Shown piece after piece: positions 1-10,526 of a stretch of DNA of 64,000 bases. Source of the DNA: an uncultured Myxococcales bacterium (lineage in GTDB: Bacteria > Myxococcota_A > UBA9042 > CAZBRS01); the NCBI GenBank assembly GCA_964494475.1, contig CAZBRS010000001.1, positions 94,029 to 158,028 on the forward strand, given 5' to 3'. Under the pieces are notes generated by a model. The model was not told the DNA's origin. It searched no databases and was given only the letters and a program-made list of their open reading frames with translations. The first letter of the stretch is position 1. Every line of letters begins with the position of its first letter. The position numbers and the translations under genes were made by a program.

Positions 1-53
1 TGCAAGTGCGGGTTCGAACGCTCGGGGGGCCGCGCCGGCGGCTTGGAATCCTG

Positions 54-82
54 TTGACGACACCCCTCCCTTTGGGCAAGAT
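54..82 (+). promoter_or_regulatory. Weak sigma70-like promoter candidate (TTGACG-N17-CAAGAT) upstream of the first CDS
   Basis: TTGACG at 54-59, a 17-bp spacer, then CAAGAT at 77-82 (3/6 match to TATAAT); the start codon is at 121. Confidence 0.15.
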
Positions 83-120
83 TCCCCCGACTGTTCCACT
101 CCAATGGCGGAGAAAAGCAG

Positions 121-1133
121 ATGTCCGACGAGCGATCCAACGGCGGCGAGCGTGACGAGCAGCAGGATCCCGCCCTGCAGCAGGAAGGTCTCCCGGCCGA
201 GTTCGTGATGCCCGACGACGATGGGGGCGCCTCCGACGACGAGCCCATCGACAAGGAGGCCCTCCGGCCGCCCGAGTCGCGCTCCAAGCTGGGGCTGACC
301 CTCATCGTGGTCTGCCTGGCCATCCTCGGCCTGGCGGGCATCATGGTGGTCGGCAACGCCAAACTGCGCGATCAGGTCGACGCCTTCCTGGGTGGCGAGA
401 TCGCCAAGTACAAGATGGCCGAGAAGAAGGTCTGGGAAGACCGGTTCCGCGAGATCGAGGGCAAGACCAAGCCGTTCTACGGCGAGGTCGTGCTCACGTA
501 CTACCCGCAGGACGCCAAGGTCACCATCACGGACTCCGTGAAGACCTATGCGACGTTCAAGGACTTCCAGGAAGGCAAGGTGGCCTCCACCACCGACACG
601 GTCATCCCGAACCAGACCGACAAGCTGAAGCCCGGCGAGATCGTCAAGCAACTGCCGCTGCGTGATCTGCCCATCCGCGGGCGCGAGTTCACCGGCCCCG
701 CGCTCGACAACCCCGACGGCATCACCACGGCCGAGATGGCCAAGGTCGACGTCAAGGTCGTCGAGCACGAGTACAAGGTCACCATCGAGAAAGAGGGCTA
801 CAAGAAGCGCGACTTCGTCTTCGCGGTCAACGCCTGGGAGCGCCCGAGCCCCATCGTCAACGCCATGTTCAACTTCCCGGGCTGCGACCTCGAGCCCGAG
901 CCCGAGACCATGAAGGCCAACTTCGTGGGCGCCCACAAAGAGATGTTCTGCCTCGAGAAGTTCGAGAAGGACCGCCAGAAGCTGCTCGACGCCAAGAAGC
1001 AGATCCAGGTTCGCCACCACTTCAAGACCACCGAGGAGTTCGAGCGCATCAGCGACGCGCTCACGAGCGACGTCGAGTGGTGGGCGCGCGTCTGGAAGGA
1101 CGAAGTCGAAAAGCAGAAGTGCGAGAAGCCCGA

Positions 1134-1149
<16 letters not shown>
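121..1149 (+). CDS. Hypothetical membrane-anchored protein (acidic N-terminus, single TM helix, lysine-rich soluble domain)
   Basis: The 342-aa ORF has normal amino-acid composition and a hydrophobic helix LGLTLIVVCLAILGLAGIMVV. GGAG lies 11 bp upstream of the ATG. No recognisable family. Confidence 0.6.
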
Positions 1150-2855
<1,706 letters not shown>

Positions 2856-2894
2856 CGGAGCCTATGGTAGCCAGGTCCGAAGGGAGATCAAATC

Positions 2895-4112
2895 GTGACC
2901 CCGACCGCCGTGCTGCTTCCCGAGGCCCTGGCGCGCACCCGACCCCTGCTGCGCACGCTGGGGCGCGCGTTGCCCGGGGCGTTGGTGGGGTACGTGGGCG
3001 AGCTCCGGCGCGGACGCGAGGTGGTTCGGCGCGCCGAGGTGCTGGTGGCCGCGGCCGACCCCGCGTCGGCCCTCGAGCGCGTGGCGGCCGCGCTCGGCGC
3101 GGTGGTGCGGCTCGCCGATGGCGAACTGGTGCTCGACGTGGGGGGGTTGCCGGTGTGCGTGGCCGTGGTGGGCCCGGCCGATCTGGGCGGTGAGACGTTC
3201 CGCCGCACGGGCAGCCCCGAGGTCGTCCAGGCGGTCGAGCTACGCCTGGCCGAGCGCGGCGCGCTGCATCGCGCGTTCGCGTCCGAGGCCGCCCTGCTGG
3301 CCGCGGCGGGCATCTCCGAGTTGCCCCCCGAGGCCCGCGAGCGGGCCGAAGCCGTGCGCCTGGCCGCCGAGGGCCGGCTCGACCTCGTCCAGCGCGCCGA
3401 CGTGCGCGCCTTCCTGCACGTGCACACCACCTGGAGCGACGGTCAGGACGACCTGGCGACCATGGCCGAGGAGGCGGCGCGACGCGGAGCCCTCGTCGTG
3501 GGTATCGCCGACCACTCGCGCTCGGCGGGCTACGCTGGAGGCCTGTCCATCGCGCGCCTGGCCGAGCAGGGGCGGGCCATCGCCCTGTTGAACGAGCGCC
3601 TCTCGGGGGTGCGCGTTCTGCACGGCACCGAGTGCGACATCCTGGACGACGGGAGCCTCGACTTCCCCGACCGGGCGCTCGAACCGCTGGACTTCGTGGT
3701 GGCCTCGGTCCACACGTCGACGCGGCAGCCCCCTGCGCAATTGACGGCGCGCATCTGCCGCGCGTTGGCGCATCCGAAGGTGCGCATCCTGGCGCACCCC
3801 ACGGCGCGCCTGCTGCTGGCGCGCGAGCCCATGACCTTCGATCTCGACGCCGTGCTCACGGCGGCGGCGGCCAACGACGTGGCCGTCGAGGTGAACGCGA
3901 ACCCGGCGCGCCTCGACCTGGACTGGCGACACCACGAACTGGCCTCGCGGCTGGGGGTCAAGATCGCCCTCGGGGTCGACGCCCACGAAGCGGCGGGCCT
4001 CTCCGACGTCGACTATGCCGTGCACATCGTGCGCAAGGGCCTGATGCCCCCGGGCCAGGTCATCAACACCTGGGAGCCCGACCGGTTGGTCGCGTGGTTG
4101 CGGCGCGCGTAA
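2895..4112 (+). CDS. PHP-domain phosphoesterase with degenerate PolX-like N-terminal domain (PolX-like, truncated)
   Basis: GTG start with AAGGGAG 8 bp upstream. The C-terminal half carries PHP motifs (HVHTTWSDGQ, IADHS, HGTECD, ASVHT, LAHP). The N-terminal 170 aa retain a PolX palm-like segment (VGYVGELRRGREVVRRAEVLVAAAD) with the catalytic Asp positions replaced. Confidence 0.75.
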   Translation: MTPTAVLLPEALARTRPLLRTLGRALPGALVGYVGELRRGREVVRRAEVLVAAADPASALERVAAALGAVVRLADGELVLDVGGLPVCVAVVGPADLGGETFRRTGSPEVVQAVELRLAERGALHRAFASEAALLAAAGISELPPEARERAEAVRLAAEGRLDLVQRADVRAFLHVHTTWSDGQDDLATMAEEAARRGALVVGIADHSRSAGYAGGLSIARLAEQGRAIALLNERLSGVRVLHGTECDILDDGSLDFPDRALEPLDFVVASVHTSTRQPPAQLTARICRALAHPKVRILAHPTARLLLAREPMTFDLDAVLTAAAANDVAVEVNANPARLDLDWRHHELASRLGVKIALGVDAHEAAGLSDVDYAVHIVRKGLMPPGQVINTWEPDRLVAWLRRA

Positions 4113-4121
4113 CGGCCCGTG

Positions 4122-6569
4122 TCATGACCCCAGGCGGCCGAGCAACGCGCGCAGGGCTGCGACCGTGGCCGCGAACCCGAGGCCCGTCTCGCGCACCAGC
4201 ACGAACAGGCTCCTCGGTCGCAGCACGAGCGCCTGCAGGAGCACGGCCTCGGCCTCGGTCAACGCGTCGCGCCGCCAGAGCCCGTGCAGCAGCTCCAGCG
4301 CCTCGTCGTCGCCGTAGAGGCGCTTCAGCGCGGCGAACTCGGGCACGTGGTCGGCCTTCAGGATCGCGAGCGCGCCGTCCGTGAAGGCGTCGAAGCCCGC
4401 CGCGATCGCCTCGTCACGGCGCTTCGTCGCGAAGTACGTGAAGAACGCCCGGTTCAGCCGCAGGAAGGCGCCGTCGTCGAGGTCGAAGAGCCCGGCCAGG
4501 AACGGATCGGTCCCGTGGCCTTGCTCCACGCGGGTGCGCATCTCGGTCGCCAGCAGGCGTACGATCTCGCCGAGCTCGGCCGCGCGGGACGCGAGGTCGG
4601 TCGCGAGCACGCGCTCGGCGATCAGCCGGGTGGTCTCGAGCGTCGAGAGCTCGAGCGCCGCGACGAGCGCGGGCAGGTGAACGAGCTGCGGTGGCGTGCC
4701 GCCGAGCGCGCCCGCGATGAAGCGCTGGGTCAGGCCGTGCGCCCGGAGCGCCTCGGGCACCAGGCGGTCGGGCCTCCCGGCCAGCAGGTGGGCCAGGTAG
4801 CCGCTAAGACCGGGGGAGGGCGGAGGCGCGGCCCGGCCTCCGCGGACGGGCCTCCGGCGTGCGACCACGATCAGCCTGGCGTAGTCGCAGCGACCTTCGC
4901 ACACGGAACGCCCCGCGTCGTCGACGACGTCGAACAGCGCCAACAGCTCGGGCCACGTGCCGAAGAGGAGCAACAGGGGCGCGAGGCCGAGCTTCTCGCC
5001 CACGGCGCGAACGTGCTCGAGCCGAACGCCACGGCCGGCCTCGACGTCGGCGCAGCGCGTGTCGAGATCGTCGGCCGAGGCGGCCCCTGCGGCCAGGCGA
5101 TGGGCGCGGACCAGGGGGCCGAAGGCGTGGGCGGCGCCGGGCTCCGAGGCCCCCGAGAGGTACCTGGCGAGGGTCTCGGGCGCGTGATCGACGTCGACCA
5201 CGGCCGCGTAGACGCCATCGCCCACGGCGGCCACCGAATCGAACAGGCCCATGAGCTCGGGCAGGGCGCGGAAGAGCACCTCGGTGGGGTCGATGGAGAG
5301 GGCGTTCGCCAGGGCGGCCATGCGGGCCGGCGAGTGGCGCGCGGTCAACTGGCCGGCCCGCGCGAGCTGCACGAGGCTCGGCTCCGAGAGGCCCGTCAGC
5401 ACGCTCAGATCCTTCGTCGTGAACCGGGCCGCGGTCTTGAAGATGGAGATCACCTCGGCCGCGCCGGGCGGGTCGTCGAGGGCGCCGCGATGGCCGACGG
5501 CCGCGGCGACCTTCTCGAGGTCGACCAGGAAGCCCGGGTACGCCGCCAGGGGCCGCGGGGTCAAGCGCGCTCCGCCGCGAACGTGGTGCAGCGCGGACCT
5601 CACCCTGGCGAGGGTGAGGGGCCGGAGGTGCGGCAGGGCCTCGTCCGGCAACCCATCGGCCGGGAACAGTTCGTCGTCGCGGAGGTACGCGCGGAGCTTG
5701 CGGAGCAGGCGGGTCGCCGCCAGCTTGATCTCGGTCAGGCTGAGGTCGGCGTCGTCTCCCGCCCCGAGATCGAACTCGCCGTCGCGCAAGGCGTGCGCGA
5801 TGCGCCGTTCGGGCGCGGTCAAGAGGCCTCGCCCGTCGAGCGTCGCGAGGGCCAGCGCCACGCTGCGGTGGGCGGCCACCGCGGCGAGCTGCTCCTCGAC
5901 GTACGACAACGTCTGGAAGGCCGGGGCTGCGTCGACGCTGCGCCGTGGCTCGTCGTCGTGCGTCGGCGCGCTCGCCAGCAGTTGGGCGCGGCGCTCCTTC
6001 ACCCGACCCATGATGTAGAACCACGCGTAGGTCACGAGGTGGTCGTTGACCGCGTCGTCGAAGAACGCCGTGGCCTCCCAGAGGCCGTCCTTGCCCGCGT
6101 CGACGAGCTCGTCGAAGCCGAACCTGCCCAGCCGGGGGGCGAGGTTCAGTCGGCCCACGTAGGCGCCGACCAGGCGCTCGACCGTGCTCTCGTGCTCGAC
6201 GTAGAGCCGGTGCCGCACCTCGTCGGGGTTCAGAGGGGGGGTGTCGGTGGCGACCGGTCGCTCGGCCTGGCGGCGCAGGACCGCCAAGCGCGCGCCCGTG
6301 CGCTTCTTGAGGCGGGCGAGCGCTCCGGCGCTCGCGTCGCCCTTCGCGCGGCCTCTCCGGACGTCGTCGGCGAGCAGCGCCTCGAGCCGTTCGCCGACCC
6401 GCTCGGCCAGGGCGCGCTCGCCCCGCCGCGTATGCAGCACCATCTGCTCGTGCAGCACGAACGGGTTGTCGGGGAAGCGCTCACTCAGGTGTCGCAGCTC
6501 TTCGTCGGCGTCGGGGAGGTCGGCGCTGCGCAGGTACGCGAGGTCGAGGTAGCGGGGAGCGGAGGCCAT
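4122..6569 (-). CDS. Large (about 815 aa) hypothetical protein with an ECF/sigma-70 region-2-like motif
   Basis: Internal ATG at 6569 with AGGAAGG upstream. Segment FDELVDAGKDGLWEATAFFDDAVNDHLVTYAWFYIMGRVKERR resembles sigma-70 region 2.1-2.4. The rest is Ala/Leu/Arg-rich alpha-helical with no region 4 evident. The 1417-aa track ORF is an upstream read-through of this plus two other genes. Confidence 0.55.
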   Translation of the reverse strand: MASAPRYLDLAYLRSADLPDADEELRHLSERFPDNPFVLHEQMVLHTRRGERALAERVGERLEALLADDVRRGRAKGDASAGALARLKKRTGARLAVLRRQAERPVATDTPPLNPDEVRHRLYVEHESTVERLVGAYVGRLNLAPRLGRFGFDELVDAGKDGLWEATAFFDDAVNDHLVTYAWFYIMGRVKERRAQLLASAPTHDDEPRRSVDAAPAFQTLSYVEEQLAAVAAHRSVALALATLDGRGLLTAPERRIAHALRDGEFDLGAGDDADLSLTEIKLAATRLLRKLRAYLRDDELFPADGLPDEALPHLRPLTLARVRSALHHVRGGARLTPRPLAAYPGFLVDLEKVAAAVGHRGALDDPPGAAEVISIFKTAARFTTKDLSVLTGLSEPSLVQLARAGQLTARHSPARMAALANALSIDPTEVLFRALPELMGLFDSVAAVGDGVYAAVVDVDHAPETLARYLSGASEPGAAHAFGPLVRAHRLAAGAASADDLDTRCADVEAGRGVRLEHVRAVGEKLGLAPLLLLFGTWPELLALFDVVDDAGRSVCEGRCDYARLIVVARRRPVRGGRAAPPPSPGLSGYLAHLLAGRPDRLVPEALRAHGLTQRFIAGALGGTPPQLVHLPALVAALELSTLETTRLIAERVLATDLASRAAELGEIVRLLATEMRTRVEQGHGTDPFLAGLFDLDDGAFLRLNRAFFTYFATKRRDEAIAAGFDAFTDGALAILKADHVPEFAALKRLYGDDEALELLHGLWRRDALTEAEAVLLQALVLRPRSLFVLVRETGLGFAATVAALRALLGRLGS

Positions 6570-6631
6570 GGCGCCTTCCTGTGATCCGCCTGAGGAAAGT
6601 ATGACGACCGCCGGCGGTGGGGTCAAGCTCG

Positions 6632-8029
6632 TCACCCCGACGTGAGCACGAGGGTGTGGACGAACGTTACCGGGCCCCCCGAAGGCCTGGGGAACGGCCA
6701 CTCCCGGATGCGGTCCGCGACGCACCGGCCGAGCTCGGCGTCTCCGGACGAGTTGTCGTTGACCTGCACGGAGGTCGCGCGGCCGGCGGGGCCGATGGTG
6801 AACATCACGCGCACGCGGCCCGCCAGCGCCGGGTTCAGCTTGAGGCGCTTCTCGTAGCAGTGCCGCAGCGCCCCCTGCCGGCGCTTGAACACGTCGGCCA
6901 CCGAGCTCTTGTCGACCCGGCCGTGGCCCAGTTGCTCGCCGAGCTCGCCGTTGATCTTCAGGCGGATCGCGACCTCCGGCCTCTTGACCGGCGCCTCGAC
7001 CTCGCGCGTGGCGATCCTGCCCGGCGGCCGGCGCGTCTCCGGCCCGTTCACGTAGGCGCCCAGCCTGGGCGCGCCCACGAACTCGGCCACGCTGTCGGCC
7101 GTCGCCGTCTCGGCGCCGCCCGCGAAGCTCCACGCCTCGCGGATCTGGTCGGCGTGAACGCCAACGGCCAACGGCCCTTCGTCGCCGCCCTCGGCGCCGG
7201 CGCTCACGTATTTGAGCAGGGTGCGCGCGCGCACGTGCTCGAGCCGCTTCTTGTAGGCGTCGACCGGGCCCTCCGTCGCGGCGACCGCGTTCCCCCGTGC
7301 GCGCTCGGCCTTGCGCGGCGGCGGGGCAGGGCGGGTCGCGGCGGGCGTCGCCTCCCGAACGGGGGCGGGAGCGTCGTTCGTGGCCTCCGCCACCGTGGGC
7401 TGCGGCTCCTCGGGCTTCGTCACCCGCGCCGGGCGGAGCGCGATCTCGGCCTCGAGCTCGTGGAGCACGCGGCTCGTCTTGCCCGTCGACGCGAGGTACT
7501 GGCCCCGCGCTTCGTACCATGCGTGCAGCGTGGCCGAGGGCACGCCGAGCAGCACGAACGACGCGGCCAGGCAGGCGGCGAAGCCCAGGTCGAGCCGGCG
7601 GGCCCACCCGATGCGCGCGGCCGCGGGGAGTTGAAGCCTCGGCACGGGCGGAGGCGGCGTCACGAACTGGAAGAGCAGGGTCAGGTCGCCGAGCAGCACC
7701 TTGCCCCGCGCGTCGTCCGCGAGCGGGTAGCGGTGGAACGCCCCCCAGGGGCGAGCGCGGCCGCTCTGCACCAGCTCGTCGAGGTCGAAGATGTCCTCGG
7801 CCGTCGAGACCTTGCCCGCCAACCCCGGAGGGAAGACGAACGCGTAGGCGCCCGAAGCGTACGAGAGCAGCTCGTGCGACCGCGGGAAGCCGGGCAGGGG
7901 ATAGACGAACGTGTTCTCGGGCCCCTGCCCGATGGTCACGCGCCCGGGCTTCCGGAACAGCCGCTCCTCGACGATGCGGTTGTCGTGCACGATCCCGATG
8001 CGCAGGATCCGGCCGTGCGGGGTGGACAT
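6632..8029 (-). CDS. AgmX/PglI-like protein (N-terminal beta-rich domain, TM helix, Pro/Ala-rich linker, TonB-C-like C-terminal domain)
   Basis: Start placed at the internal ATG (MSTPHGRILRIGIVHDNRIVEERLF); the TTG at 8146 lacks an RBS. TM helix LGFAACLAASFVLLGV. Pro-rich linker. C-terminal module with ...RRQGALRHCYEKRL...GRCVADRIREWPFPRP typical of the AgmX/PglI/TonB-C fold. Confidence 0.55.
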   Translation of the reverse strand: MSTPHGRILRIGIVHDNRIVEERLFRKPGRVTIGQGPENTFVYPLPGFPRSHELLSYASGAYAFVFPPGLAGKVSTAEDIFDLDELVQSGRARPWGAFHRYPLADDARGKVLLGDLTLLFQFVTPPPPVPRLQLPAAARIGWARRLDLGFAACLAASFVLLGVPSATLHAWYEARGQYLASTGKTSRVLHELEAEIALRPARVTKPEEPQPTVAEATNDAPAPVREATPAATRPAPPPRKAERARGNAVAATEGPVDAYKKRLEHVRARTLLKYVSAGAEGGDEGPLAVGVHADQIREAWSFAGGAETATADSVAEFVGAPRLGAYVNGPETRRPPGRIATREVEAPVKRPEVAIRLKINGELGEQLGHGRVDKSSVADVFKRRQGALRHCYEKRLKLNPALAGRVRVMFTIGPAGRATSVQVNDNSSGDAELGRCVADRIREWPFPRPSGGPVTFVHTLVLTSG

Positions 8030-8161
8030 GATCGGCACCCGTGATGGGTCGCTCTGATCCTGTTGTGGGGCGAGCGCCCGATCGGGAGATGGTGGAGCGG
8101 GATCTTCGTGGGCCGGGATCGGTGGAGCGAGCTCCCGCGCGGTCAAGCGGGCTTCGGGAGG

Positions 8162-8494
8162 TCACCGGGGCCAGCCGTCGACGAACGCGAGCACTCCCGC
8201 CGCGAGGAAGCACGCCACCGCCAACCCCAGCGCCAGCCGGCGAGCGACCGGCGGAGTCTCCCAGGCCGAGCGCCGAAGCAGGAAGCGCCCGGCGACGAGC
8301 ACGCCGAGGGAGGGCAGGACCACCACGACGGCCAGGGACAACGCCAGCGCCACGGCCCAGCCGCCGGACGGCCATCGAAGCGCCAGGGCCGTCCAGCCGA
8401 GCGTCGCGCCCGCCCAGGTCGCGAGGCCGATCCGCCCGAGCGCCAGCAGCCCGAAGCCGAGCCAGGAGCGGAGGTGGGCACCCGGAGCCGGCAT
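8162..8494 (-). CDS. Small (110 aa) polytopic membrane protein
   Basis: Internal ATG with GGGAG RBS. Three to four hydrophobic helices (WLGFGLLALGRIGLATWAGATLGW, WAVALALSLAVVVVLPSLGVLVAG, LALGLAVACFLAAGVLAFV). Lies 15 bp upstream of the AgmX-like gene. Confidence 0.45.
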   Translation of the reverse strand: MPAPGAHLRSWLGFGLLALGRIGLATWAGATLGWTALALRWPSGGWAVALALSLAVVVVLPSLGVLVAGRFLLRRSAWETPPVARRLALGLAVACFLAAGVLAFVDGWPR

Positions 8495-8555
8495 CGGTTC
8501 ACGCTCCCGTGAGTCGTTGGAGTACATGTACAGGAGCTTGCGGGGGATGCAACAA

Positions 8556-8584
8556 TTGAAGATGTAGCCCGTTTGTGCTACAGT
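8556..8584 (+). promoter_or_regulatory. Sigma70-like promoter (TTGAAG-N17-TACAGT) for the dinJ-yafQ module, adjacent to the palindrome GTACATGTAC (8522-8531)
   Basis: Read directly: TTGAAG at 8556-8561, 17-bp spacer, TACAGT at 8579-8584. GAGGGA RBS before the ATG at 8611. Locally AT-richer than the flanks. Confidence 0.35.
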
Positions 8585-8610
8585 TCGAGCGGCCATGATG
8601 AGGGAACGAG

Positions 8611-8871
8611 ATGAGCAAGACCGCGACCGTCAGAGCGCGCCTGGATCCTGGATTGAAGGACCACGCCGAGGATGTCTTCCACCGGCTGGGGCTGAACGCG
8701 ACCCAGGCCATCACGATCTTCTACAAGCAGGTCGAGTTGCGCGGGGGCTTGCCCTTCGACGTGGCGCTCCCCACCCTGACGACGGCCAAGACGTTCGAGG
8801 CCACCGACGCCGGGCGTGACCTGGTCGTGTGCAAGGACACCGACGACCTGTTCGCCAAGCTCGGCGTCTGA
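8611..8871 (+). CDS. dinJ: Type II antitoxin, RelB/DinJ family
   Basis: 86 aa. VRARLDPGLKDHAEDVFHRLGLNATQAITIFYKQV...KDTDDLFAKLGV is collinear with E. coli DinJ. Its stop overlaps the toxin start (TGATG). Confidence 0.85.
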   Translation: MSKTATVRARLDPGLKDHAEDVFHRLGLNATQAITIFYKQVELRGGLPFDVALPTLTTAKTFEATDAGRDLVVCKDTDDLFAKLGV

Positions 8872-9143
8872 TGCTCGTCCCGGTCTACACCAAACAGTTC
8901 GAGCGCGACGTGAAGCGCGCGCAGCGCCGCGGCAAGGACCTGGAGAAGTTCAAGGCGGTCGCGAAGGCGCTGCTGTCGGGCCAGCCGCTGGACCCTCTTC
9001 ATCGCGATCACCGGCTCGTCGGGAACCACGAGGGCCGTCGGGATTGCCACCTCGAGTCCGATTGGCTGCTCATCTACAAGATCGACGGTGCGCGCCTGAT
9101 CTTCGAGCGGATGGGGACGCACTCGGATCTGTTCAAGAAGTAG
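8871..9143 (+). CDS. yafQ: Type II toxin, YafQ/RelE-family mRNA interferase
   Basis: MLVPVYTKQFERDVKRAQRRGKDLEKFK...HRDHRLVGNHEGRRDCHLESDWLLIYKIDGARLIFERMGTHSDLF matches YafQ (KDHPL...DWILIYK...FERTGTH). The start is chosen at the ATG overlapping the dinJ stop. Confidence 0.85.
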   Translation: MLVPVYTKQFERDVKRAQRRGKDLEKFKAVAKALLSGQPLDPLHRDHRLVGNHEGRRDCHLESDWLLIYKIDGARLIFERMGTHSDLFKK

Positions 9144-9264
9144 TCTCGCGGTCGCGCGAGCAGGAAGGATCGGTCGAGCCACCGAGGATTCCTCGGCAGA
9201 TACTATCTGGTCCCGCCGGCCGTTCCCTGCTACGGTTGCGGTCGACGACGACACCAGGGGCAAC

Positions 9265-10455
9265 ATGCGGACGATCCGGCGGTGGACCGCAACCGGCGTG
9301 GCGATGCTGGCGTTGGCGGTCGGGTTGTCGGCGTGCGGAGGGGGATCGTCCTCGCAGGGGTCCGGTGCGTCGCAGGATACCGGAGGCGGCGACGCGGTCG
9401 ATGTGAAGACGGAGTTGATTCGCAGGGACGCCGTCGCTGACGCCACGTCCGAGATCGAGAGCGTCGACGTCCAGCCCCCGGCCGCGTGCCTCACCGGCCA
9501 AGTGTGCGCGGCCGACGCAGACTGCAACCAGGGCGAGCGCTGCAACCTTACGCTGGTGCCTCCAGGGTGCCAGAGATTGTATTGCGCTGCACAGGGAGAA
9601 GCCTGCGATCTCGGCCAGGGCGACACCCTTTGCCGGCCTGGCTTCTTCTGCCTGGAAGCGGATACGCCGCATTGCGAGAGGCTCGTTCCAGGCCTGGGCG
9701 TAGTGTTCTTGCTAGACCAGTCGGGCTCCGTCAGCGGCTTCGTAGAGCCCGACCCGGCCAAAGGCCACACCGAGATGAGCTACGACGCAGCCAATCTAGC
9801 CATCACGAAGTGGCAGCAGGAGCAAGCAGATCCAACGGTGCTCCAGCGGTTGGCTTCCGACCCGAAGAACTACCGTATCGCCGCACTTCGGGACTTCGTC
9901 GCCCGCCTCGACAAGAACGACAAGCTACTCGTCATGACCTTCAACGAGGACAAGCCCAGTGGCCTGGTGTGCGCAGGCCCCAGCCTGGGGACGCCCACCT
10001 CGCAGGATTGCTTTGCAAGACGCCGCGACTGGGTCGCGCAAGGAATCAACTACATCGACGGCAGCGAAGGCGGGCGTACCCCCTTATGGGAGTCCCTGCA
10101 CGCGGCTATCACGTTCCTGCGGAGCCAGTCTGGTCTCACGGCCAAGCATATCGTGGTGCTCGGCGACGGGCCGGACACGTGCCACCCTTCATCCGATGCC
10201 TACGTTGGCGATCCCGCTTGCGCCAGCCTCGGCTTCGGCGATGTCAACGAATTGGTTGCGAGCAGAGCCAACGATGTCTTCCTCCATTTCGTGCAGTACT
10301 GGGCGATTGGCTATCCAACGAGTGACGATCGTCAAGCCGAGGCGGCGGAGATGACCGGGGGGAGCTACGTGTTCGTGGATCGTACCGTGATGACCGACGA
10401 CGGCTTCAAGACGGCGTTGTCGGGAGCCGTTTCGGCGGCGATTTCGGGCCAATAG
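9265..10455 (+). CDS. Lipoprotein with a Cys-rich N-terminal module and a von Willebrand factor A (vWA) domain, of foreign (lower-GC) composition
   Basis: Lipobox LAVGLSAC. Cys-rich segment CLTGQVCAADADCNQGERC...CRPGFFC. vWA MIDAS motif VVFLLDQSGSVSG. GC is about 62% with many TTG/CTA/TTA codons, against about 72% in the flanks. Confidence 0.75.
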   Translation: MRTIRRWTATGVAMLALAVGLSACGGGSSSQGSGASQDTGGGDAVDVKTELIRRDAVADATSEIESVDVQPPAACLTGQVCAADADCNQGERCNLTLVPPGCQRLYCAAQGEACDLGQGDTLCRPGFFCLEADTPHCERLVPGLGVVFLLDQSGSVSGFVEPDPAKGHTEMSYDAANLAITKWQQEQADPTVLQRLASDPKNYRIAALRDFVARLDKNDKLLVMTFNEDKPSGLVCAGPSLGTPTSQDCFARRRDWVAQGINYIDGSEGGRTPLWESLHAAITFLRSQSGLTAKHIVVLGDGPDTCHPSSDAYVGDPACASLGFGDVNELVASRANDVFLHFVQYWAIGYPTSDDRQAEAAEMTGGSYVFVDRTVMTDDGFKTALSGAVSAAISGQ

Positions 10456-10526
10456 ACAGCCGGAAGCGGAAGGTGCAGGAGCGGTCGATGTAGCTGGGAT
10501 GCGGCGTTCGACGGCGAGGATTACGG

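Noticed and set aside
30-60. Possible sigma54 promoter (cTGGAATcctgTTGAc) upstream of the first gene
   Set aside because: The GG and GC dinucleotides are not at the required 10-nt offset, so it does not fit the -24/-12 geometry.
4284-6584. 766-aa plus-strand ORF
   Set aside because: It is antisense to the sigma-region-2-like gene and dominated by R/G/E/A/Q runs (RRELERRDERGQ...), a typical high-GC antisense artefact.
4122-8375. Single 1417-aa minus-strand ORF in the six-frame track
   Set aside because: The N-terminal 600 aa are Arg/Pro/Gly-rich low-complexity read-through. Protein-like sequence begins at internal ATGs with RBSs, so I split it into three genes (4122-6569, 6632-8029, 8162-8494).
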